DNA of 55,996 nucleotides from Verrucomicrobiota bacterium (GTDB lineage Bacteria; Verrucomicrobiota; Verrucomicrobiia; Chthoniobacterales; JAFAMB01): NCBI GenBank assembly GCA_019237325.1, contig JAFAHI010000613.1, positions 1 to 55,996 of the forward strand, read 5' to 3'. Shown piece by piece: positions 46,385 to 55,996 of this stretch (position 1 is its first letter; each line of letters starts with the position of its first letter). The notes under the pieces were generated by a model. It saw only the letters and a program-made list of their open reading frames with translations, ran no database searches and was not told where the DNA came from. The position numbers and the translations under genes were made by a program.

Positions 46385-47335
46385 CTATTGGAACGGCCAC
46401 CAACGTCGAACTTGGCGATTGCCCGGGGGTTCCATCGAGCCGAGTTCAAAGGATCGGAGATAGACTTTAGCTTCGAGCTCCGCATCAGGCAGGTCCTTGG
46501 CCCCGGCAAATGCCCTGCTCATCGGCAAGGTCTTTTCCGCAGCTCGTAAGCAGAAGAAATCCTGAGCATGAGGTTCTCCGGCAATAACATCGACCGGCCC
46601 CAGACCGGCAGACGCAATCGTCAGGCAAGGAACCGGGAGACCGATCCGAGTTTCTAGATAACCCGCCCAGAATTCTAGGCTCTCTTTCGTGCGATTTGAG
46701 ATGGCTGGCAGGCGAAAATGTATACTTCTTTCTCCGTCGCGAGCTCCTCGTTTTCGATATGTTTTGAGTCCCTGCGCGAGCGCGACCATGCCATCAAGGA
46801 TGGCTTGCTTTCGTTCTTCGGCCAGGTTGGAAACTTGGACTCCTGAACCTGAATCGCCTAACGCATTCGAACTGAGTCTGCGCTGTAGGTCGGCAAACGT
46901 GTCTCGAAATTTTTGCTGATCTTTCGCCAGCTTGCATAGCGCGCCGAGATCCTCCACCTCCGGGAGGAAACTATGGACCGCTCGCCAGCCGTTCACCCCG
47001 ACCTGCAGGCAAACGATCATCGGGAAACGTGCCCGACCTTTGCCGTCGCTCGAGGCCCAGATTCCTCCAACCACCGCTTGCGTTTCCCGGCTCCAAACAA
47101 AGCGATGATCGAAACCGACGGCTTGCCCTCTTTCTTCCAGGCGGTTCCAAGCGCCTGCAGAGACCAGACTGCCGATTCCCTCGGAATAGAGAATGCGTCG
47201 AATGATGACGAGCGTTTCGGTGGTGAGTCCCAGGTCGTCAATATGGTCGTCCCAGGCAGGATGCTTACCAAACCCGGCCAGTTGGACCGACTGATCCAGC
47301 CGATCGCGAAGAAAGATCCTCAGAAAACGAGTCAT
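46385..47335 (-). CDS. tagF: T6SS-associated protein TagF (DUF2094 / ImpM family)
   Basis: It has [13 protein letters not shown] (the GfyGKlPxxGDF-type motif) and [15 protein letters not shown] 4-nt ATGA overlap links it to the tssM stop, and it sits directly after tssM. Confidence 0.75.
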   Translation of the reverse strand: MTRFLRIFLRDRLDQSVQLAGFGKHPAWDDHIDDLGLTTETLVIIRRILYSEGIGSLVSAGAWNRLEERGQAVGFDHRFVWSRETQAVVGGIWASSDGKGRARFPMIVCLQVGVNGWRAVHSFLPEVEDLGALCKLAKDQQKFRDTFADLQRRLSSNALGDSGSGVQVSNLAEERKQAILDGMVALAQGLKTYRKRGARDGERSIHFRLPAISNRTKESLEFWAGYLETRIGLPVPCLTIASAGLGPVDVIAGEPHAQDFFCLRAAEKTLPMSRAFAGAKDLPDAELEAKVYLRSFELGSMEPPGNRQVRRWWPFQ

Positions 47336-50300
47336 TGCCCCGCCAAATCTCGCAAGCCCAGGCTATCAATCGTCGGCCACGTATCCAGAGCAGGAAGCGG
47401 CGAATCAAAATTAAGCTGGATCCACACCGCAGTTGGTTCACCCGGTTTCAGTGAAACTCGCCAGGTTTGGCCGACATCAACCGCCTTGCCGCCAAAACGC
47501 GCTAGCAAACGCAAGGCCGACCAGTTCTCGCCGCAGTCGACGTTGTCGGACCCGCCTTCACCGGTTGGGGTATGAAAGACCCGGAAATGGAATGGGTCAC
47601 TGACGCGAAATTTTCCCAGCAAGACATCACCTTGGGCATCGAGTCCTGCCACACCACTGGCCCCCGACGAGTGAGACCTACCCCCCGGTACAAGTTGGAT
47701 CGCATTCCAATTCCGCGGATTGTAGCTCGGACCTGTGGCGGTAATTGTCTCTGATCGCGACCCGATGAATAGCTTGTTGATCAACGAGCGATTGTCGGGC
47801 GTGGCCGTTGGCACCGGTGTTGGTGTTGCTCCATAGTCGGGGCCGGACAATTGGCGCTGCGCCTGACCGTTCAGCAGGGTAACAGTGACCGCGGACGGAG
47901 AGCCATCCGGTTTAACGAGAGCGTCCAATATCACGTAAAGGGGGCTCAGCCCTTTGGCGAAATCTGTAAGCGGTTGGCGGGAAGCAGGTTCCATTTTGGT
48001 CAAGATGTCCGCCTGTAGATCTTGTCGGATAATCGCGAGCATCGCTTTCACCTGCCGGACCTGATCGGTGCTCAAGGCGAGGTTGTCTGCCAAAGGAGGC
48101 CAAAGCAACGGAAACCGCACCTGAGCTCGTAAGACGGCCCTCGCTTTCCGCAAATATTGTCGAGCGAACGTCTCGCGCTGGGTATCCTCGGTTCTGCGCA
48201 ATAGGTACGTACATGTCGTAGTAAATTGCTCTTTCAGCTTGCCTCGATAATCGGCCACCTTTCCCCGAAGTACGCCAAGCGCCGACGATAACTGTTCGAG
48301 CGGCTTCCAGTTCTGACCAATCAAGGTCATCTTGTCAGAGTAATGAAATTCCGGAGCGCCCGCCCGGCATTGCTGGTACAGATTCCAGCGCCAGAGAAAA
48401 ACCGACTTTTTGTCTTGGCCGGCGATTAAAACCGATTCGTCCAGGGTCTTGAACTCGTCCACCTGCTGCTGGCTAATTGTACTCGCGACCTGGGACTTGA
48501 GTTGTTGGCTCACCTCCGTCAGCTTGGCTTTAATATCTCGCAAAAGGGCGTATTTAGGATCGTCTTGATCCTTTAATTCGAGGACTTTGTTAATGGTCTT
48601 ACTGTTCGGATCCGGTGTCGGCAACACCTGTTCGATATCGGCAAGGATCGCCGCGATCTGACCAAACTGGGACTGATAACCGCCACTGAGCACCTGATAC
48701 GCTGCCGTAAGCGTTTCGGGTCCATCCTCGAAAAGCTTGGCTTGTCGCGCCGCCGCCAGCTTCTCCTCAAGCGCAAGCTTCGTGGCTTGCAGCTTGTCAA
48801 AGAGGGTTGCCACCTCCTGATCGCTAGTCACAGGATCGTCCTTGATACTGGCTTTCGTCGACAGCTCGGTTTCGGTGGCTTGGTAGTCTCGCACCGTGGC
48901 GGCCAGATCCACCAGCTGCTGTAAATCTTTGGTCCGGTTCTGAATCCGACTCCGCGCATCTGCAAGCAGCCTCTCAACTCCCAAGCGGATGGCGACGTTA
49001 TCTCCGAGTGTATTTCCTCCGCTCGCCCATTTTGGCGGCCATGTTCCGTGACCATCCCGGTTTTCCGTATAGGTCCAGGTCATGGTTTCAGCTAGGCGCC
49101 CAGTATCTTCCTGACCGGCGACATACTCCAAAAGCGGCGGGACGAAACTTGGTCCGGGAGCATTTTCTGCCTTCACAGCCCCAGGTCGCAGAATACCAAC
49201 TTCGATTCTGACTAAGGCAGCGAGCGCTCTTGCTTCCAAAGCGTGGACCCTTTCCGGCGGACGAGGATCCGGCTTGCCCGCGGTCGGGGAATCCGGATTG
49301 CTCTGGCTCATCTTGGCGCGGGCAGCAGTTAACAAAGGTTTCACTACGCTATCCTCAAAAAGGACCCTTTGGGCGCGCTGGCGTTCTCGATCTAGGTCAG
49401 CTCCGCCGTAGGAAAAGAGGCGGAAAACCAAAGGAATATGAAGGGAATCTTCCGCTAGCTCGCGCATAGCGGCATGGAACTGGTCCAAATTCAATGTCTC
49501 GTAATGAAAAACGGACTTTGTTCGTTCGGTGAGGCCAGGGCCAACCGGCCGATTCCCTTCGTAGCGATAGAGTGAGGTCCCCGCAGGATCGGCTACAACG
49601 ATTGGATGCCAGGTCCCAGCATTCCAACCTTCAGTGGCGCGCGCCCAAAAACCGCTTTGCTTCAGAACCCGCTGCTGAAGGGAGTTGTAGCCTAACAACC
49701 CGAATAGCAAGAGCGCAGCTAACGCTAACACACCACTGCCAAAAAGCAGGAGTTTGCGGTGCAAGAGTAATCGATCGGTCTTGCTCGCACGGGTGACCAA
49801 TCCGTCCTCCCTGAAGATTTTGTCCAGGAATAGATCACGGAGAAAATACGAGCGTTCCCTTTCCCATGCGCGTCCGGTCGGCAATTGATCAACCGGCAAG
49901 CCAATTGCCTCTGCCAACTCCTCGTCTAATGCCGACCCCTCGCGCATGGAAGACGTGAAGTAGATTCCTCGTAAGAATAGCGGGCGCGAAATCCATTCAC
50001 CGGCAATAAAGATCGTTTCCAAATAATGACGGAGGCGAGGCGCCAGCGCCTGCAGGCTGTAAGGGAATTCGTAAAGCCGGTCGACCTCGTTGGCGCGACG
50101 GTCGCCTGGTTCGCTCGCAACCGGATCCAGCAGAAGCCCCAGGCGCCTGCGCCATAGCCGTTGAATCACGCTCTGCAGGTGAGCGTCCACGAGTTCCGTC
50201 CGGAATGGAGCGTCCAGCGGCGCGGGATTCGACCAACCCAAAATCTGCTGCTGGGATCGACCGTCATCGATACTAGCGAAAAATTCGCGAAACCCGTTGA

Positions 50301-51081
50301 TCAGATCGCATTTTGTTATCAGGACAAATACCGGAAACCGAATATCAAGCTCACGCTGAATCACCTCAAGCTGGCGCGCGATTTTCCCCGCCTTCTGCTC
50401 CATGATTTCGGGAGAGTCGCGAATCAGACTCTCCACCGGAATAGTCAGCAGCAGACCATTGATCGGGCAGTTTCGCCGATGCTTCTTCAATAGCTGAAGG
50501 AATTCCTTCCATTCGCTGGTGCTGCCTGGCTCAACCTCGTCGAAGATCAGGCGGCCTGCGGTATCAAGGATTACCGCATAGTTAGTGAACCACCAGTTCA
50601 TGTTGATGGTTCCTCCGACTCCCTGAAATTCATCCTGGAGACCCGGAGGGAATCCGGCCTGGGAATGGCGAATTGCTTCGGTCTTACCCGAACCAGGTTC
50701 TCCGACCATAGCGTACCACGGAAGACCGTAAAAATCTTTTCCAGCGGTTTCGAACTTGTCGATTCCGCGCGCAAAGCTGCGTCGCAAATCGTCCAGGCGG
50801 CCGCGCAGACCGGCATCCGTTATTCCGCGATTTGCCGCAGTGGCAACCAGTTCCCCACGCATTTCGGCGGCGCGACGGCGACGCACCCAAAACACCAGAA
50901 GCAGATAAAGACTGATAATTACCGCCAGGAAAATGATTCCCAGTGCGACAATGAACGCCACCCGCGGTCCAAAGAAGGCAGCGAACCCAATGATGGTCGT
51001 CGCTACCAAAAACAGGATCACTACCTTGACCCAGGTAGCCAGCCCACTGAACACTTTGAAAAGATAGGCAAGCTCTTTCAC
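47332..51081 (-). CDS. tssM: T6SS membrane complex protein TssM (IcmF), GTG start
   Basis: 1249 aa with N-terminal TM helices, Walker A (GEPGSGKT) and a long periplasmic C-terminal region. Confidence 0.93.
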   Translation of the reverse strand: MKELAYLFKVFSGLATWVKVVILFLVATTIIGFAAFFGPRVAFIVALGIIFLAVIISLYLLLVFWVRRRRAAEMRGELVATAANRGITDAGLRGRLDDLRRSFARGIDKFETAGKDFYGLPWYAMVGEPGSGKTEAIRHSQAGFPPGLQDEFQGVGGTINMNWWFTNYAVILDTAGRLIFDEVEPGSTSEWKEFLQLLKKHRRNCPINGLLLTIPVESLIRDSPEIMEQKAGKIARQLEVIQRELDIRFPVFVLITKCDLINGFREFFASIDDGRSQQQILGWSNPAPLDAPFRTELVDAHLQSVIQRLWRRRLGLLLDPVASEPGDRRANEVDRLYEFPYSLQALAPRLRHYLETIFIAGEWISRPLFLRGIYFTSSMREGSALDEELAEAIGLPVDQLPTGRAWERERSYFLRDLFLDKIFREDGLVTRASKTDRLLLHRKLLLFGSGVLALAALLLFGLLGYNSLQQRVLKQSGFWARATEGWNAGTWHPIVVADPAGTSLYRYEGNRPVGPGLTERTKSVFHYETLNLDQFHAAMRELAEDSLHIPLVFRLFSYGGADLDRERQRAQRVLFEDSVVKPLLTAARAKMSQSNPDSPTAGKPDPRPPERVHALEARALAALVRIEVGILRPGAVKAENAPGPSFVPPLLEYVAGQEDTGRLAETMTWTYTENRDGHGTWPPKWASGGNTLGDNVAIRLGVERLLADARSRIQNRTKDLQQLVDLAATVRDYQATETELSTKASIKDDPVTSDQEVATLFDKLQATKLALEEKLAAARQAKLFEDGPETLTAAYQVLSGGYQSQFGQIAAILADIEQVLPTPDPNSKTINKVLELKDQDDPKYALLRDIKAKLTEVSQQLKSQVASTISQQQVDEFKTLDESVLIAGQDKKSVFLWRWNLYQQCRAGAPEFHYSDKMTLIGQNWKPLEQLSSALGVLRGKVADYRGKLKEQFTTTCTYLLRRTEDTQRETFARQYLRKARAVLRAQVRFPLLWPPLADNLALSTDQVRQVKAMLAIIRQDLQADILTKMEPASRQPLTDFAKGLSPLYVILDALVKPDGSPSAVTVTLLNGQAQRQLSGPDYGATPTPVPTATPDNRSLINKLFIGSRSETITATGPSYNPRNWNAIQLVPGGRSHSSGASGVAGLDAQGDVLLGKFRVSDPFHFRVFHTPTGEGGSDNVDCGENWSALRLLARFGGKAVDVGQTWRVSLKPGEPTAVWIQLNFDSPLPALDTWPTIDSLGLRDLAGQ

Positions 51082-51237
51082 GCTATAGCGTTTGGCGTTT
51101 TGCGTTTGGTGTTTGGGGTTTGGCGCTTCGAATCGTTCTCGTCGTCCACGTTCTCTAAAGAAGGTTTGATCGGGTATCGGACTGGTGGAGTACCGTGCCT
51201 TTTGCGAATTGCATCGGCCCTGGGGGGTTGGATGTGT

Positions 51238-51939
51238 TCACTTGGTGGTTTCTTGAGTCTCGATCGCGGTCACCGAGTCTAATAGAGAGAGCGATGCTGC
51301 CCGAAAAAGGTAGGTTTCGACGCTCAAGACAATAAAACAGAGACCGAGAAAAATTACCGCAATGACGCCAATACTGAGACCCGGCTGCTGCACCAAGTCC
51401 CGAGTGTCGACGCCGGCATAAGCTTCTGGGCAAATCCTCGTGTTTTGGCTGATATCCATCGCCGGTCCAATTCTTTGGCTGATGTCCAGCATTTTTCCTC
51501 GCAAGTATTCATTCTGACCGGCGTACCAGCCGGTGAACCCTAGTCCCAGACACGTATAGAAGATCTGTAAGCGTTCCGTTGCCTCTTCACTTTGGTCTTT
51601 CAAAGTGTCGTCGAGCAGATCGAAAAATTTCTCATCGCCGGCTAATTCTTTTCGCTCGTACGCGAGACGGTTCCGGTTCCAATTCGCGGAGATAGTCAAT
51701 CCGCATTCCGCTATCATCGAATCGATGAAAAAAATCATGGGCAGCTCAACCTTTTGCCACTGGGCTGCCAATAGGGGTTCAGCGCTTGCTCGTTTTTGAG
51801 CATCCGAGAAAAGCTCTTTGATTTCGAGACGGAGTTTTTCAGGATCAACTGCCGCAGATAAGCTGGCTCCTTTTCGTGCGAGTCGATTAAGTAGACAAAC
51901 CTTTTTAAAAAAAGGCTCACACAGTTCAAGCAAAGTCAT
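51238..51939 (-). CDS. tssL: T6SS membrane complex protein TssL (DotU family), no PG-binding extension
   Basis: 233 aa with DEKFFDLLDD ... LQIFYTCLGLGFTGWY and a single C-terminal TM helix (LSIGVIAVIFLGLCFIVL). Confidence 0.88.
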   Translation of the reverse strand: MTLLELCEPFFKKVCLLNRLARKGASLSAAVDPEKLRLEIKELFSDAQKRASAEPLLAAQWQKVELPMIFFIDSMIAECGLTISANWNRNRLAYERKELAGDEKFFDLLDDTLKDQSEEATERLQIFYTCLGLGFTGWYAGQNEYLRGKMLDISQRIGPAMDISQNTRICPEAYAGVDTRDLVQQPGLSIGVIAVIFLGLCFIVLSVETYLFRAASLSLLDSVTAIETQETTK

Positions 51940-51951
51940 GTTGGGGGCGAT

Positions 51952-53310
51952 TCAGGATTCCTTTGGAAGAGTCATATAAAGAGTGATCTCATAGTCCGCT
52001 GATTCATTGCCGGTCCACCGAACTACCGCGACTTTCTCGGATTGAATCTGCTGCCAACTGCGCGAACTCTGACCGCGAAGCAACCGGAAAAAGTAAAGCC
52101 CCGATTGGCCAGGCAACTCGAGGGGCGGAAACCGTTCCTCCTTGAGGACAACACCACGAATGGCACGCCCAGCCATGCTCTGCGGCATTAATTTAAACCG
52201 GTCTGCGTCCTCCACCAACTGCGCTAGTGTTCGAGGATCTTCTTTGGTCCGAATACCAAGAAAGTAATCGACGGATCGCTGCAGATGTTCTTCTGTGAGC
52301 ATCGCGCTGAGTACGCCATTCACATCTGTGAACGGCACCCTGAGGAAACTCGGCGCTACACTGCCTCTCAATAGCTGGCGAATCTTGCCGGCCAGCTCAC
52401 TGAAAACGGGATAAGGGTTATCGTGATCGTAAGGCGCGGTTTCGAACAGGTCTCGATCTGGATGAAGCGCCGCCAACTCACCTAACAGTTCTCGCAGCAA
52501 GACGTAAACCTCAAAGGGAGCGACATTTGAGGTCTCAATCAGCGCCTCCAGCCGAGCTCCAAGTCCATTCAAGGTCCGCAGTCGCATGATCTGTTCAAAC
52601 TGGATTCCGCGCATCGTGTCGATGCTGAATCCTCCGCGAGTGACCTGCACTACGAGTTCTTGCCGGCTAGCCAGAACCTGGCTACTCAGGTCGCGCACCA
52701 ATTCCCGGAGTGTTGCGGAGCCGTTCAGAACCAAGCAAGGCCCAACAAACTCGGGATCCTGCTGTGGGAGTCCGACATCTTCACCCGCCGCCCGGGTGAC
52801 CCGTAAGAGCGGAATGACCTCAAGGTCTGACCGATCCTCATCTTCCAACAACAACCGGGCATTCAACCGCCGCAAAAGAACAGTCTTTGCGTTTTCGCCG
52901 GTATTTTCATCGGCAAAATCCTTCTCCGTAACGCGATAGAGGATCTTGGCTCGCGCATCGATCGCCTGGCCAGCAGAAACAGCATTGGCTCGGGAGTCAA
53001 CCCAAAGCGGCAATCCAAGATAAACCGTAAACCGGCCCCGCGATTCGAGCGCCTGTTTGATATCGAGGGCCGGCAATTCTGCGTCTTGGGGGAACCGGAT
53101 TTCCTCGCCGCTCGGCATAATTGCACGCAGATAATCAAATCGGATGCGCATATTCTCCAAGTCGTCATTGGAAACACGGGCTTCAATCAACCCATAAGAG
53201 TACGCCCAGTTTAGGTGCCGCTCAGTAAAACCGCTACCTTGCAGGTTGCGCTGGAGGCGCTGGAGATGATGCGGCAATAGAAACAATCCTTCGTGCCAAT
53301 GGACCTGCAT
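51952..53310 (-). CDS. tssK: T6SS baseplate protein TssK
   Basis: 452 aa beginning MQVHWHEGLFLLPHHLQRLQR, the canonical TssK N-terminus. Confidence 0.92.
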   Translation of the reverse strand: MQVHWHEGLFLLPHHLQRLQRNLQGSGFTERHLNWAYSYGLIEARVSNDDLENMRIRFDYLRAIMPSGEEIRFPQDAELPALDIKQALESRGRFTVYLGLPLWVDSRANAVSAGQAIDARAKILYRVTEKDFADENTGENAKTVLLRRLNARLLLEDEDRSDLEVIPLLRVTRAAGEDVGLPQQDPEFVGPCLVLNGSATLRELVRDLSSQVLASRQELVVQVTRGGFSIDTMRGIQFEQIMRLRTLNGLGARLEALIETSNVAPFEVYVLLRELLGELAALHPDRDLFETAPYDHDNPYPVFSELAGKIRQLLRGSVAPSFLRVPFTDVNGVLSAMLTEEHLQRSVDYFLGIRTKEDPRTLAQLVEDADRFKLMPQSMAGRAIRGVVLKEERFPPLELPGQSGLYFFRLLRGQSSRSWQQIQSEKVAVVRWTGNESADYEITLYMTLPKES

Positions 53311-53328
53311 AAAATGTTTCCTTCCAGT

Positions 53329-54261
53329 TCAGGGACGAGCTGGACGGGTTGGCTCCGGCGCTCCTCGTTTTCGACCTGAAATAATTTCCTCGGTGTAAGT
53401 GACAATGGTGTCGACGATCTGCTTTTCTATCGCGGGCCCGTTTAATTCGGCCGCCAGCGTCACATAACGGCGCCAGCACTTCTGCTCCACATTGGTCAGA
53501 AACCCTCCCGTTTCGACCGATGCCCGGATCTTTTCAGGCGCGAAAGTTTCCAGATGATGCCTGGCATAGGACTCTCCCGTGGGTCCAATTGCTGATAGTA
53601 GACCGGCCAAAAGCTGCCGCGTCTTCTCCAGCATTTGCTTTATCTGCAAAGTCGCCACTTCACGATCACCAGCTAGGTAACGGCCGATTGTTCTCCTAAA
53701 ATTGTCGCCGGGGTCGCGTTGAACTACCGATTTTGGTGCAATCGTCTTCCAAAGATTCCAAATCAGGTTGTCCAAGGTAGCCACCATTTCCAGGAGCGCG
53801 GCCAAGAGTTTCGTGAGCCGCTCTTCATCAAGCACTTGCTCTGGATTAAGCCCAAGTTTACCGCGAAGCTCGGGAGGCAGATCGAGCATCCCCTCTCGCG
53901 CCGAAAGCAAGCCGGCCGCCTGGAACCTCCTCGTTAGCCGTTCCTTCCCTTCGTTGGTGAATTCATCTGCCCGATCGAGCAACTCCTCCGCCAGTTCCTC
54001 AACCGTTTTCTTGGCCGGCTCGACCACTGCCGGAGTGGGATCCGACGGCGCCGTTCCAACCCGCTCCGGTCCCGGAAACCGGCATGCAAGCGCATCCAAG
54101 TACTCCCTTCGCCTGTTCTCGACGATGCCTTTGAGTGAGCGTTCGATCTCTTCGACCAGATATTCGGCTCGCGTAACCGGGGGGTCATCAGCAAAACTGG
54201 TTTGAAGCATTCGTAACCGTCCCGCTACTTCTTGCGCCCAGGAAGAAGCCTCAGATTGCAT
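53329..54261 (-). CDS. hypothetical T6SS-operon leader protein occupying the fha1/tagH position but without an FHA signature
   Basis: 310 aa, mostly helical and charged, with no signal peptide, TM helix or lipobox. It is the first gene of the tssK-tssL-tssM operon, 18 nt upstream of tssK. Confidence 0.6.
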   Translation of the reverse strand: MQSEASSWAQEVAGRLRMLQTSFADDPPVTRAEYLVEEIERSLKGIVENRRREYLDALACRFPGPERVGTAPSDPTPAVVEPAKKTVEELAEELLDRADEFTNEGKERLTRRFQAAGLLSAREGMLDLPPELRGKLGLNPEQVLDEERLTKLLAALLEMVATLDNLIWNLWKTIAPKSVVQRDPGDNFRRTIGRYLAGDREVATLQIKQMLEKTRQLLAGLLSAIGPTGESYARHHLETFAPEKIRASVETGGFLTNVEQKCWRRYVTLAAELNGPAIEKQIVDTIVTYTEEIISGRKRGAPEPTRPARP

Positions 54262-54463
54262 AAAGCATAATTACTTCGCTTAATTCGATTGTCGATCACA
54301 CCGATTGCGGCCGACTTTGCGATATATACTCGTCCCGCCCTTTCCAAGGCAATGGAAAAGGGTGCGCGTTTGACCAAGCGAATGACGACTGCGTTCTAAG
54401 GCCAGTCACACCTATAGCTTCGATATAACCACGTTTTTAAGCACACGATTGGGCCTAATGGAT

Positions 54464-54488
54464 CCGGCAGCTGCCAGGCAGCTGCCGG
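54464..54488. promoter_or_regulatory. 25-nt perfect palindrome CCGGCAGCTGCC-A-GGCAGCTGCCGG upstream of the T6SS tssK operon
   Basis: It consists of two adjacent copies of the self-complementary decamer GGCAGCTGCC, about 200 nt upstream of the 53329-54261 gene start. Confidence 0.5.
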
Positions 54489-54797
54489 ACCGCTACCGAG
54501 GCACGTACCATCCCTTCCTTCAGACTACGCCAGCCGGGGGCGCAACGTTAAAACGGAGACCAGACCAATTCACAGCAAGGTCGCAAGGGCCACAAAGGCA
54601 GAACCTTGCTATTTAAGTATTCTTTTCTTTGCGGCCTGGCCGCGGCCGGGTGTCCTTGTTGTGAAATAAATCCGGTCTCTATTTTTACCTTTATGGTCTT
54701 CTGTGGGATTTAGAGTATCGAAAACGAGGAACAACCTCTCTTAGTCGCCTTCATTGCAGGCAGCCAAGGTACCTGGCGGATCGAGAGAATCGATCCT

Positions 54798-55286
54798 GTG
54801 GTGGGTGAAAGTCTGCCCAGCGCCGACCGCCTTGAGGTCGTAGAGTCTCCGTCGATAAACTCATCGGTTCAGTCAGCTTGGGTGTTAAGGGGAGTAACCA
54901 GCAATTTGCGTTACACCAATCGGGCCGAAGCCGACACTCTTAACGACAAGCAAGAGGGATTTAATCGGCCACAGGCTACCCGAGCCGCTCTCATCCCTCT
55001 CCGCAAGAATGCCGCTTGGTGGAAGCTAGCTCAGGACGAGCGACGACATATCCTCGAGGAAGACTCTCACCATATCACCATCGGTTTTGAATATCTTCCT
55101 GCGGTCGCCCGTAGACTGCATCACAGCCGGGAGTTGCATGAACTTTTCGACTCTCGTCTCCTCTCATGGTACGGTTATCAACCCAACATAAGTATGGGCC
55201 AGTCGCGGGTTTGCAGTCTGGTCTGTGGTTGTTACGCTCCGGCTGCTGCGATCTGGCAATTGCGATCGCCATTCTCCTTTGTCTAG
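54798..55286 (+). CDS. chlorite-dismutase-like (Cld family) protein, possibly degraded
   Basis: It has WVLRGVTSNLRYTNRAE, ATRAALIPLRKNAAWWKLAQDERRHILEEDSHH and YLPAVARRLHHSRELHELFD. Family-like sequence (LLVAFIAGSQGTWRI) continues in frame upstream of the GTG with no canonical start codon. Confidence 0.45.
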   Translation: MVGESLPSADRLEVVESPSINSSVQSAWVLRGVTSNLRYTNRAEADTLNDKQEGFNRPQATRAALIPLRKNAAWWKLAQDERRHILEEDSHHITIGFEYLPAVARRLHHSRELHELFDSRLLSWYGYQPNISMGQSRVCSLVCGCYAPAAAIWQLRSPFSFV

Positions 55287-55293
55287 TGAATGC

Positions 55294-55446
55294 TCACCCA
55301 CTGGCTTGACCCAGAAGCCACGAGTACACGCTGGAATCATGAATGCCGATCTCACGCGCGACCTCCCCGGCGGTGACGTAGTTAAACCGGACAAACTCTC
55401 GAAGGCGCTCAATGAGAGCATCAATCTCGCTTCTCTGTGACGACAC
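55294..55446 (-). CDS. possible 50-aa helix-turn-helix protein (GTG start; below the ORF-track size cutoff)
   Basis: (M)SSQRSEIDALIERLREFVRFNYVTAGEVAREIGIHDSSVYSWLLGQASG. The VTAGEVAREIGIHDSSVYSW segment looks like an HTH. Confidence 0.3.
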   Translation of the reverse strand: MSSQRSEIDALIERLREFVRFNYVTAGEVAREIGIHDSSVYSWLLGQASG

Positions 55447-55541
55447 ACCGTCATTTCAAATCGACCTCGCTCTCCGCAGCGATTTCGCTTATCTTAGTCT
55501 CGTTTGCCCGCCGCTGCTCCAGCGGCTTGAAATGGAGGCTC

Positions 55542-55996
55542 ATGCCCGATGTTTATAATACCATCACTTCAGCCGAACCCGAGTTGGTACAACGCATTGC
55601 CCTGGCGCTGGAAGTTCGAGCGGCGGACGATCAGCAAAAAGGTATGTTGGGCTCCTACCTGGCGCAGATTAAATTTCCCGTCAATGCACGAGTTATAGAA
55701 GTCGGTTGTGGTACCGGTCCTGTATCGCGCCGGCTGGCGGGTTGGCCGAATGTGGGGCAAGTCGTCGGAATAGACCCATCCTCAGCTTTCGTTGACAAAG
55801 CTCGTCAACTGGGCGCAGGGCTAAAGCATCTATCGTTTCAAGAAGGGCACGCCAATCAATTGCGCTTCGCGGATAACGACTTCGACGTTGCCGTTTTCCA
55901 CACTACTCTTTGCCACTTGTCGGACCCTAAAGGCGCCTTGCAGGAAGCTCACCGCGTACTGAAATCGGGCGGTTGTCTTGCCGTTTTCGATGGCGA
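55542..55996 (+). CDS. class I SAM-dependent methyltransferase, 3' end outside window (absent from the ORF track because it has no stop)
   Basis: The ATG at 55542 is preceded by GGAGG. The translation is MPDVYNTITSAEPELVQRIA...VIEVGCGTGPVSRRLA...VVGIDPS...FDVAVFHTTLCHLSDP...LKSGGCLAVFDG, with motifs I, II and III in order. Confidence 0.8.
   Translation, partial: MPDVYNTITSAEPELVQRIALALEVRAADDQQKGMLGSYLAQIKFPVNARVIEVGCGTGPVSRRLAGWPNVGQVVGIDPSSAFVDKARQLGAGLKHLSFQEGHANQLRFADNDFDVAVFHTTLCHLSDPKGALQEAHRVLKSGGCLAVFDG

Noticed and set aside
51155-51433. 92-aa ORF spanning the tssL/tssM junction, considered as a candidate TssJ.
   Set aside because: It overlaps the tssL 3' end in another frame, has no lipobox or signal peptide, and is Arg/Cys-rich and low-complexity.

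Overview
This 56-kb bacterial window runs at roughly 55-60% G+C by eye, with one clearly AT-richer island. The left third holds housekeeping and miscellaneous genes: the glnS 3' end, asnS, aroE, a Tat-exported haloacid dehalogenase, a PLP fold-type-II enzyme and a TetR/tautomerase divergon. Next come a 667-aa unknown protein, a 1129-aa transmembrane Ser/Thr kinase (kinase, pseudokinase-like region, 2x PEGA, Sel1 repeats) and a 1277-aa PATR-repeat autotransporter. An AT-rich accessory island (about 22.0-25.1 kb) follows. It carries a deaminase-motif ORF interrupted at an A7 slippery run, a protein with a caspase/C80-like His-Cys dyad, a coiled-coil unknown and a GNAT. Beside it sits a divergent PAAR / PI-PLC-like pair. 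The right half (27.7-54.3 kb) is a near-complete type VI secretion system on the minus strand: vgrG, clpV, tssG, tssF, tssE, tagJ, hcp, tssC, tssB, tssA, then tagF, tssM, tssL, tssK. Its gene order closely mirrors the Pseudomonas H1 cluster, but the regulatory and anchoring genes differ. No TssJ is recognisable. The fha1 slot holds a 310-aa protein with no FHA signature. The ppkA/pppA/tagTS slot holds a Zn-ribbon/OmpA-like protein plus a fused FHA-FHA-ABC (ATPase + permease) transporter. A SAM-methyltransferase gene on the opposite strand splits the cluster. Several long perfect or compensated inverted repeats occupy intergenic spacers. I saw no rRNA, tRNA, CRISPR array, transposase or integrase. 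A PVC/Verrucomicrobia-like soil bacterium is a low-confidence guess at the source.
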